A DNA stretch of 64,000 nt from a candidate division WWE3 bacterium RAAC2_WWE3_1. GTDB lineage: Bacteria > Patescibacteriota > WWE3 > UBA101185 > UBA10185. A program made the position numbers and the translations under genes. The notes under the pieces are model-generated. The model worked only from the letters and a program-made list of their open reading frames with translations. It had not been told where the DNA came from and ran no database searches. The stretch lies in assembly GCA_000503835.1 (NCBI GenBank), contig CP006914.1:593680-657679 (forward strand). The letters are read 5' to 3'. This document shows positions 20,659-28,223 of the stretch, piece by piece. Every line of letters starts with the position of its first letter. Position 1 is the stretch's first letter.

Positions 20659-21348
20659 ATGCGCTATCGGTGTATTCGCGTATTTAGCCTTACGACGTGG
20701 ACGTCGTTTGTTCACACAGGGTTACACGTGTCCCGTGCTACTCAAGATCAACCCAAGAGTTTTTTTCGTTTCAAATACGGGGCTGTTACCCTCTATGGCG
20801 CTTCTTTCCAGAAGGCTTCTTCTACGAAAAAAATTTAGTTAACTCTTCTATGATCAAACATTAGGATTGTCTATACCCCCAATATTAATATGGGTTTGGG
20901 CTGTTCCCCGTTCGCTCGCCGCTACTAGGAGAATACCTGATTTGGTTTCTTTTCCTCCGGCTACTAAGTTGTTTCAGTTCGCCGAGTTCCCTCTAAATTA
21001 CCTATGGCCGCTTGCGCAGTTTTCAGTAATTAGTAACCTCGCCTTATAAGCGGGTTGGGTTTCCCCATTCGGAAGTCCCCGAGTAATAACGTTTCGTAGC
21101 AACTCCTCGAGGCTTATGGCAGCTTAGCACCTCCTTCATCGGCGCGAATACCCAAGGCATCCACCATATGCATTAGTATCTTTACTTACATTTGGATACA
21201 GTAAACTGTTTCCGGCGAAACCATTGGTTTACACCAACGGTTTCCGATCGAATCGTAAAATTGAATCTTTGTTGATAAAAGACTTTCTGTTCAGTTTTCA
21301 AAGAGCTTTTTCAAAAAAATACTTTCTTGCCCTTCCACCAATTTTTCT

Positions 21349-21424
21349 TGGTGGACCGTAGCGGGATCGAACCGCTGACCTCTACATTGCAAATGTAGCG
21401 CTCTGCCAACTGAGCTAACGGCCC
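21349..21424 (-). tRNA. tRNA-Ala (anticodon TGC), with encoded CCA.
   Basis: The reverse complement is GGGCCGTTAGCTCAGTTGGCAGAGCGCTACATTTGCAATGTAGAGGTCAGCGGTTCGATCCCGCTACGGTCCACCA. It folds as a cloverleaf. The G3.U70 alanine identity pair is present. The anticodon loop is tTTGCAa. It lies about 160 nt upstream of the 23S 5' end. Confidence 0.9.
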
Positions 21425-21607
21425 TGAAGGGATTGAAAGCTTTATCAGTTTATCCGAAGACAAACGTGTTTTCAATACGCTTCAGAGACGGCACACCTTT
21501 AATGCATAGAACATGCATATTAATAATAAAGTTTGGAAATTCAGAGCTTACTAACTTCCGTCAAGCGGAAGGAAGGTAAATTCCTTAAGGTAAGGACATT
21601 TTTAACA

Positions 21608-22609
21608 CTAATTAGAAGGGGTGTCAATGATTTCGAAGAGCGCGGCGGCAAGCTTTGTGGGGTCGTGGCGGATGAGGCTTCTTTTGACCTTGTCCGATGC
21701 CGAAACCACAACTTTTGCGTTTGATAATAAGTCCTGTCTTATAACTTTAGCTCCTTTATATTTATCCGAAGTATCATCCTCAACCCAAATTGTCCCGTCA
21801 ATTGTGTAATAATAATCCAGTAATTCCTGTGAGGGACGGTTGGAGTTTATCAAAACATAATTAACATAATTTCCGCCCAGGTATTTGTTAATTTCGTCGA
21901 CGTGCTTCGAAACAGGAAAGCCATCCGTCTGCCCCGGATGGGACATGAGGTTACTGACGTAAATCATTTTCGCATTTGTGAACTTCATCACTTCCTGCAT
22001 TCCCGTCACGAGAAGATTCGGAACTATGCTTGTATAAATGTCGCCGGGACCGAGAACTATGTAGTCTGCCCTTTCCAGAATTCTCTTCGCTTCCAAGTTC
22101 ATAAGTGCGGGGGGAGACAAATATACTTCTGTTATCGCTGCATGGTTTTTTTGAACTGATTCAATAGCGTGCTCACCTTCTATTACAGAGCCGTCTGAGT
22201 ATTTTGCACACAACGAAGACTTAGAAAAAGTGATGGGGTAAACATTACCGCTGGTTTGTAATATTTCTGCCGCGAGGTTTATTGCTTCCTGATTTGAACC
22301 CGTGATTTTTTCGAGAGCGGATATAAATATGTTTCCGAAATTATGTCCCTGAAGATCTCCTGAATCAAACCTGTAGGTGAAAAGTTTTCGCCAAATGTCG
22401 CGGGATTCTGACAGCGCAACCAAAGCCTGCCTTACATCTCCCGGCGGTAGAACGCCAAGCTGGTCTTTTAAACGGCCGGTCGAGCCTCCTGAATCCATCA
22501 TAGTAACAACGGCATTAAGGTTAAGGGAATATTCTCTCAAACCGGAAAGGGCGACAAAAGTGCCGGTGCCCCCTCCAACTACTACCACAAGAGCTTGCTC
22601 TTTTACCAT
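21608..22609 (-). CDS. yvcK: YvcK/UPF0052 family protein (gluconeogenesis factor, CofD-like).
   Basis: 333 aa. N-terminal VVVGGGTGTFVALSGLREY...MMDSGGSTGRLKDQLGVLPPGD is characteristic of YvcK/CofD. Confidence 0.8.
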   Translation of the reverse strand: MVKEQALVVVVGGGTGTFVALSGLREYSLNLNAVVTMMDSGGSTGRLKDQLGVLPPGDVRQALVALSESRDIWRKLFTYRFDSGDLQGHNFGNIFISALEKITGSNQEAINLAAEILQTSGNVYPITFSKSSLCAKYSDGSVIEGEHAIESVQKNHAAITEVYLSPPALMNLEAKRILERADYIVLGPGDIYTSIVPNLLVTGMQEVMKFTNAKMIYVSNLMSHPGQTDGFPVSKHVDEINKYLGGNYVNYVLINSNRPSQELLDYYYTIDGTIWVEDDTSDKYKGAKVIRQDLLSNAKVVVSASDKVKRSLIRHDPTKLAAALFEIIDTPSN

Positions 22610-22712
22610 AAGTGATATACATCATACTAGGGATGGGTTGGGGTGGCAAAATTGAGAGGTACGGGCGTAGACTCAGCGTTGGTGCTATGCTAGAATTTGC
22701 ACAGTTTTATGC

Positions 22713-22789
<77 letters not shown>

Positions 22790-22878
22790 TTAGTTTTGGC
22801 GGATTGCACTTTAGGTGCAAGCCGGCAAAAGTACTGTGAGACTGGGAGCGAACCAAGCGAAGCGTCGTTCGATCCCAA

Positions 22879-23006
22879 CAATTCCGCGAGCGAAGCGAGT
22901 GGAATTGCTTTGAGGTAAATCAATTCTGCGAGCGAAGCGAGTGGAATTGCTTTGAGGTAAATCAATTCTGCGAGCAGAGCGAGTGGAATTGCTTTGCGAA
23001 GCAAAT
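22879..23006. repeat. Tandem direct repeat of three copies of about 42 bp, each with internal dyad symmetry.
   Basis: The unit is CAATTCTGCGAGCGAAGCGAGTGGAATTGCTTTGAGGTAAAT, repeated head-to-tail at 22879, 22921 and 22963 with a few substitutions. Each unit has the dyad GAATTG...CAATTC. The 84-aa track ORF (22780..23034) with KAIPLASLAELIYL repeats is just this repeat translated. Confidence 0.8.
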
Positions 23007-23067
23007 GATCACCCATCAAAAAAATCTCCTTCACAAAACTTGTAGGTTTCGTAAAGGAGAAGCTTGG

Positions 23068-23418
23068 TTAGGCAGGACCGTAATGTAACAACGCAATCAA
23101 TCGACCATCCGTTTTATGTATTGACATTGGTGCGAACCAATGTTTTCCAATAGGCAGCAGCAGCTGATGTTGAGCGTTTTTGGCGGCTTTTCTTACTGCC
23201 TCACTTCCTGCAGCTGTCTCCAGCGCTAAAACAATGGCTTTTTCATAGGGGGCGGTCAGGCTGTTTTGGTTCAGTTGAGGGTGCGCTAAGTACACCTCAT
23301 TAACCAAAATAGCCTTACATTTGGTTCCGCCCGGCAAAATTACATCCACAATATCGTAGTGTTTATCCATCCCAATCTCCTTTCGCATTGATTTCGCCGA
23401 TTTAGGCAGATAGAGCAC
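23068..23418 (-). CDS. Hypothetical small protein of about 100 to 116 aa.
   Basis: ORF with no recognisable motifs. It may start at the internal Met (MDKHYDIVDV). It forms a tight pair with the small wHTH gene upstream. Confidence 0.45.
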   Translation of the reverse strand: MLYLPKSAKSMRKEIGMDKHYDIVDVILPGGTKCKAILVNEVYLAHPQLNQNSLTAPYEKAIVLALETAAGSEAVRKAAKNAQHQLLLPIGKHWFAPMSIHKTDGRLIALLHYGPA

Positions 23419-23458
23419 CCAGTTTACTGAAATACTCTATCTTAGGAACCCACAAAAA

Positions 23459-23638
23459 TCACTCAACTTTTCCATCTTGCTTCAAACTTTGAAGGGTTTT
23501 CCTAACATCTTGCGTTGTTTTATCAATTCCTTGAGTTTTTAATCTTTTCTGAATTTCTTCAACGCTGACACCGTTCAATCCACACGATAGAACGATTTGA
23601 TAAACAGTAGTTTCCAATGACGTTAGTTCAGGCTCCAC
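23459..23638 (-). CDS. Small (59-aa) winged-helix-like protein, GTG-initiated. It is not in the ORF track.
   Basis: By-eye translation gives VEPELTSLETTVYQIVLSCGLNGVSVEEIQKRLKTQGIDKTTQDVRKTLQSLKQDGKVE. AGGAGA lies 6 to 8 nt upstream of the GTG. The helix-turn-helix plus a KxLxxLxxxGKV wing resembles DNA-binding wHTH domains. Confidence 0.4.
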   Translation of the reverse strand: MEPELTSLETTVYQIVLSCGLNGVSVEEIQKRLKTQGIDKTTQDVRKTLQSLKQDGKVE

Positions 23639-23740
23639 GGTCTCTCTCCTTAAACGATTTTGCAGTGATTATACACTATGTTTTTGAGGTGCTACAGTCA
23701 GTTCCAACGTAGTCCCCCAAATGCCCCACCGTCAAGTTGA

Positions 23741-24475
23741 TTATTTGAGTAGATTTAGCACGTCTTCTTTGCTTTTTGGTTTCCCCTCAGACCCCAACAA
23801 CCATAGTGCTTTATCAAAGACCAACCAACTATTATTTGTGTCAACACACGCCTTATTCCATAAATTTTTAACCAAGTTTATGTTTTTTTGAGTCATCTGG
23901 TCTGAGTCAATATAACCTAGCAAATACGCTATTCTCACATCGTGTACATCAACAGGAGGCAGTATGGTATCAATATCTGAAAAAGAATAATCAAATGTAT
24001 TTATCATTGTTCTAACAAAGAAATTACCTATTTTTGGACCAAATCCCCGAAATTCTTTTAATCTTTTTATAATATTCTGACAGAATGGAGTATTTTCAAA
24101 GATTTTTCTAGGGTCACCCTCATATCTATTCAGTAAAATCTCGGTATTGTGCACATATCTTCTTACTGCTTCATTGATGTATCTAGGACGGAGATATTCC
24201 TCCAATGTTCTGGTCAGTACTTTCTCTGGTAAATTACCGATGAAATTTGGAGTAAAAAATAGGTTATTTTGCAAATAAAGCCTATTTGCACCTTTGTATA
24301 GAATTTGGGATTTCATCGCGTAGTCTAGTTGTAAAACGTAAAAAATAAAAAGCGATTTGTTTAAGTCACCCAAATCATCAGGTATTAATTCTTCTGCATT
24401 AATCTTTTTGTTAAAGATGCCTGCATTGTTGTTGTATTGGTTAATAACGCAAGTAACAAATTCTTGGGGTGTCAT
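23741..24475 (-). CDS. Hypothetical protein of 244 aa, with a possible helix-hairpin-helix glycosylase-like motif.
   Basis: Long ORF. The stretch RGFGPKIGNFFVRTM resembles the HhH-GPD element L-x-G-(I/V)-G-x-K-x-A of DNA glycosylases. The rest has no recognisable motif. The function call is weak. Confidence 0.5.
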   Translation of the reverse strand: MTPQEFVTCVINQYNNNAGIFNKKINAEELIPDDLGDLNKSLFIFYVLQLDYAMKSQILYKGANRLYLQNNLFFTPNFIGNLPEKVLTRTLEEYLRPRYINEAVRRYVHNTEILLNRYEGDPRKIFENTPFCQNIIKRLKEFRGFGPKIGNFFVRTMINTFDYSFSDIDTILPPVDVHDVRIAYLLGYIDSDQMTQKNINLVKNLWNKACVDTNNSWLVFDKALWLLGSEGKPKSKEDVLNLLK

Positions 24476-24567
24476 TAACCCATTTTAGCACTAAGAACTA
24501 TGGAGTTAGTTCCAGCATAGTCCAGAATGACTCACCATAAAATTTCCGATCTAAAATTTAGACCAAC

Positions 24568-24595
24568 AAAAAACACTCCCCGCGGAGTGTTTTTT
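24568..24595. terminator. Bidirectional intrinsic terminator-like hairpin between the 16S 3' end and the downstream gene.
   Basis: The sequence AAAAAACACTCC-CCGC-GGAGTGTTTTTT has a 6-bp GC-containing stem, extended by an A6/T6 pairing, with a 4-nt loop. It is flanked by a U-run on either strand. It lies about 290 nt past the 16S 3' end on the minus strand. Confidence 0.5.
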
Positions 24596-24887
24596 ACCGA
24601 TTTGCTTTCAAGTGCTTAAAGGCAAGAAGAACAACCTTTACCTTGGAAGTTTAGGCTCTCTTCCAAACCCGCTCTTACTACATAAGGCGTATGTAGCATT
24701 TGTAACTCAACGTTTTAGAGCTAATCCAACGTTGAGTGCGTCTTATTTTTCAATGGTCTTTCTTAACAGCTAGTGCTAAGTCAAGTTTCCACCGATCAAA
24801 GATGCGTGTTCCTCCAAACGATCCGAACACCGTGCTAGGCACTTTGTCCTTTGGATCGTAGAGAAAGAAACATAAGTTTCTCCCTTA

Positions 24888-26320
24888 GAAAGGAGGTGAT
24901 CCAGCCGCAGATTCCCCTACGGCTACCTTGTTACGACTTCACCCTCATCACTGATTCCACCGTGAGCCCACTAATGTGAGACTTCGGGTGGCCCCAGCTT
25001 TGCTGGCGTGACGGGCAGTGTGTGCAAGACCCGAGAACGTATTCACCGTGGTATAGCTGACCCACGATTACTAGCGATTCCGGCTTCATGGAGTCGAATT
25101 GCAGACTCCAATCCGAACTGGGACCGGTTTTTTGGGATTAGCTCAGCCTCGCGGCTTTGCGACCCTTTATGCCGGCCATTGTAGCATGCTTCTAGCCCAA
25201 GGCGTAAGGGCAATACCGACTTGACGTCATCCCCACCTTCCTCCGCGTTGCCGCGGCAGTTCCGCTAGAGTGATACAACTAGCAGTAGGGGTTGCGCTCG
25301 TTAACCCACTTAAGGGTACGCCTCACGGTACGAGCTGACGACAGCCATGCAACACCTGTGTAAGCTCCGGGTTGGATACCGGTCGTTCGCCTTTCGGTCC
25401 ACTACTTCATACATGTCAAGCCTTGGTAAGGTTCTTGGGTTATCAGCCAATTGAAGAGCATGCTCCACCGCTTGTGCGGGTCCCCGCCAATTCCTTTGAG
25501 TTTTAATCTTGCGACCGTACTCCCCAGGCGGCCTGCTTAACGCGTTAGCTTCGACACCAAAAAAATCTGGCATCTAGCAGGCATGGTTTACAGCGTGGAC
25601 TACACGGGTATCTAATCCGTTTCGCTCCCCACGCTTTCGTCTCTCAGCGTCAGGACAACCCCAGGTAGCTGGCTTCCCCCTTGGTGTTCCGTATGATATC
25701 AACGCATTTTACTGCTACACCATACGTTCCGCTACCCCCTAGTCGCCTCCTAGCCAAACAGTATTGACAGCCTTTCCTCGGTTGAGCCGAGGTATTTGAC
25801 CACCAACTTATCTAGCCGCCTACAGAACTCTTTACGCCCAGTAAGACCGGGTAATGCTTGCACCCTACGTGTGACCGCTGCTGCTGGCACGTAGTTAGCC
25901 GGTGCTTATAACGAGGTTTACAACCCGAGGGCCGTCATCCCTCACGCGGTGTCGCTCCATCAGACTTTCGTCCATTGTGGAAGATTCCCGATTGCTGCCT
26001 CCCGTAGGAGTAAGGCCCGTGTCTCAGTGCCCTTCTGGCTGGTCATGCGCTAACACCAGCTACCCGTCAAAGGCTTGGTGGGCTTTTACCTCACCAACTA
26101 CCTGATAGGCCGCAGGCTCATCCCCAAGCGCATTGCTGCTTTGAAGTTTCCTTCACATAAGGAATTACTCCCTCTTTCGAGGGGCTATGCCTTACTTAGG
26201 GGTAGATTCCCACGTGTTACTCAGCCGTTCGCCACTACTTTGCATTGCTGCAGAATCGTTCGACTTGCATACCTTAGGCACACCGCTAGCATTCACCCTG
26301 AACCAGGATCAAATTCTTAG
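24888..26320 (-). rRNA. rrs: 16S ribosomal RNA.
   Basis: The reverse complement contains the 5' end AGAATTTGATCCTGGTTCAG and the 3' end GGGTGAAGTCGTAACAAGGTAGCCGTAGGGGAATCTGCGGCTGGATCACCTCCTTTCT. It also contains many conserved internal blocks (GTGCCAGCAGCCGCGGTAATAC, ACGGGCGGTGTGT). It is about 1.43 kb, which is slightly short, and has no insertion. Confidence 0.9.
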
Positions 26321-26531
26321 TTAAAAAAAGGAATTTTGCGTTCTTCTTGCCTTAAAGTTCTTGAAAGCTCTTCGGTTATCAAAGTACGGCGACAACGATA
26401 TAAACACATCATTGTGCGCGGAAGAAAGGATACACTAGCAAAGTACAAATAGCAATATATTAATTAGTTGTCAACTCTATGCTACAGTTTTATCAGCGAG
26501 TGCATAAACATACTTTAGAAAAGGAGAGAAA

Positions 26532-26777
26532 ATGGATATTCTTGTTGCTTGCGAAGGCCGGGATTACACCTGTTATTTCGACGAACCCCCTCAGCACAAC
26601 AGTATTATCGACGCAAAAGAGATACCGGACGAGGCTCTTCGGAACCGTGTCATCAAGGAATTCAGCAGTCTTGCCGTAGTAAGATACTGCGGAGCCGTGT
26701 GGAGCCACACCAGGGGTAAAGAAATGACGAAGATCGAGCTTTTTCCTCTTAAACAGATAGCATTCGCCGGTGTCTAG
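26532..26777 (+). CDS. Hypothetical small protein of 81 aa.
   Basis: The ORF is preceded by a strong SD (AAAAGGAGAGAAAATG). It lies upstream of the 16S leader on the opposite strand. No motif recognised. Confidence 0.45.
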   Translation: MDILVACEGRDYTCYFDEPPQHNSIIDAKEIPDEALRNRVIKEFSSLAVVRYCGAVWSHTRGKEMTKIELFPLKQIAFAGV

Positions 26778-26819
26778 CCACAAAATCTCCGAAGGCGTAA
26801 TTAAAAACCCTTCGGAGAT

Positions 26820-28133
26820 CTACTCTACAAAGCTAATCTCAATTGAATCAGTACCGAATAAATCCGAAACAGTCTTTGGTAGGGACAGTTTATCAAAAAT
26901 CGGTGAACACGTAATTAAATCTACATGAAGGGCGTTGTGCTCGGGCCAGGTATGGACGGTAAGATTGGAGTTGGACAACACGTACACGAAAGTAAATCCC
27001 TTGCCTTTAAATTCCGTTATCTTCGTATCTACTATCTTTAACCGATGTTTCCGGCAAAGATCGTTCAGCAAACCCAACATCTTCCTCTTACTCTCCAGCA
27101 GCAACGTGGAAACTCCGAATACCTTAATAACAACATGGTCTACAAAAGGAAACCTTTCTTCCTTTTCAGCTTCGTACGTGTAAATTTTGCGGCTCGTCCT
27201 TATACCTTTATATACAGTTGTGGAAGGAATGGTTCTTAAAATAAAAAGCGAGCTTGCAGACCCGATAGATTCGGCACCGCTGTAGTGCGCAAAGTTTTTG
27301 ATTTTATCCTCTATCACCAGATTTGCCCTGTTCACAATTTCCTGTATCTTCAAAAACTTTTCCGGTGTCTTTGAACTGTTTCCGTAGAAAAAGAATATTT
27401 TTCTGTCGGGTGACGCCCCGCCTCCGATCATCTCCAGCGCTCTTTCAAGAAAAAGTTCTGCCCCGTAACGCGTGTAGGGCGGGTCTGTGAGAACGACCTC
27501 AAAACGTCCGTAAAATTCTTCTTTTAACTCCTCTCTGCAATCATAATGCACCGTCTGAACATTATCTATACCCATATCAGCAGTTTTGGTCTTAATAAAG
27601 GATAATAAGTCGTTGTCTGTGTCAAAGACGGTGAGGGATCTGAAACCCCCGTCAAGAAGGATTAGGGCAAGAGAAACAAAATCATCGTCCCCTATAAGAG
27701 CAATATTTTTACCCGCAACTTCTCCCCGCGCCACCATCACCTGGGCTTTCTTAACCGAAGTCTCGGGTAATGCGTAGAACTGATCGAGTTCCCGGGAAGC
27801 TTCTTTTTTGTATTCTTCTCTAATACCGGTGAATTTCTCAACAATTTTTTTGTCGCATTTCATAAAATCGCCGAAGGACCAGAGGTGGGGTCTTAGCATT
27901 AAATGTCTGAACTCTTCTTTTCCTTCTCCGCTCAAAACGGGATCTTCGCCACCTGTTTCTTCCAGATATGCCGACACAGCCCTCTTAAAACCACGTAAGG
28001 TTTCTTTGGGCAGTCCGGTAGTCCTGATAAGGGAACCTCCGGAAAGCAAAACAAAGAGCAGACCTTCAATCTCGCCATCGGATAATCCTAAATTCGCTCT
28101 TTTAAGTTTCTCTATGAAGGTTTTTTTATCCAC
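26820..28133 (-). CDS. Fusion protein: BpsA-like (DUF43) aminopropyltransferase domain joined to S-adenosylmethionine decarboxylase (SpeH, class 1a AdoMetDC).
   Basis: Single 437-aa ORF. The N-terminal roughly 320 aa have the motifs IALIGDDDFVSLAL (GDDD) and VVLTDPPYT, which fit my recollection of branched-chain polyamine synthase BpsA/DUF43. The C-terminal roughly 115 aa read FVYVLSNSNLTVHTWPEHNALHVDLITCS. This aligns to the AdoMetDC core ([28 protein letters not shown] in Thermotoga SpeH). Confidence 0.6.
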   Translation of the reverse strand: MDKKTFIEKLKRANLGLSDGEIEGLLFVLLSGGSLIRTTGLPKETLRGFKRAVSAYLEETGGEDPVLSGEGKEEFRHLMLRPHLWSFGDFMKCDKKIVEKFTGIREEYKKEASRELDQFYALPETSVKKAQVMVARGEVAGKNIALIGDDDFVSLALILLDGGFRSLTVFDTDNDLLSFIKTKTADMGIDNVQTVHYDCREELKEEFYGRFEVVLTDPPYTRYGAELFLERALEMIGGGASPDRKIFFFYGNSSKTPEKFLKIQEIVNRANLVIEDKIKNFAHYSGAESIGSASSLFILRTIPSTTVYKGIRTSRKIYTYEAEKEERFPFVDHVVIKVFGVSTLLLESKRKMLGLLNDLCRKHRLKIVDTKITEFKGKGFTFVYVLSNSNLTVHTWPEHNALHVDLITCSPIFDKLSLPKTVSDLFGTDSIEISFVE

Positions 28134-28223
28134 GGGCTCATTATACAGCCAAACAACAAAATTCTAATATCCGTAGAGGCTATACAATACTCAAATTGTC
28201 CTGCCACATTTATATTAGAAAAC

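Noticed and set aside
22879-23006. Possible CRISPR array.
   Set aside because: The 42-bp units are directly adjacent with no unique spacers. There are only three copies. No cas genes lie nearby.
24888-26320. Track ORFs inside 16S (25310..25573 minus, 25902..26105 plus, 26075..26320 plus).
   Set aside because: They lie wholly within a confidently aligned 16S rRNA gene, so they are spurious reading frames.
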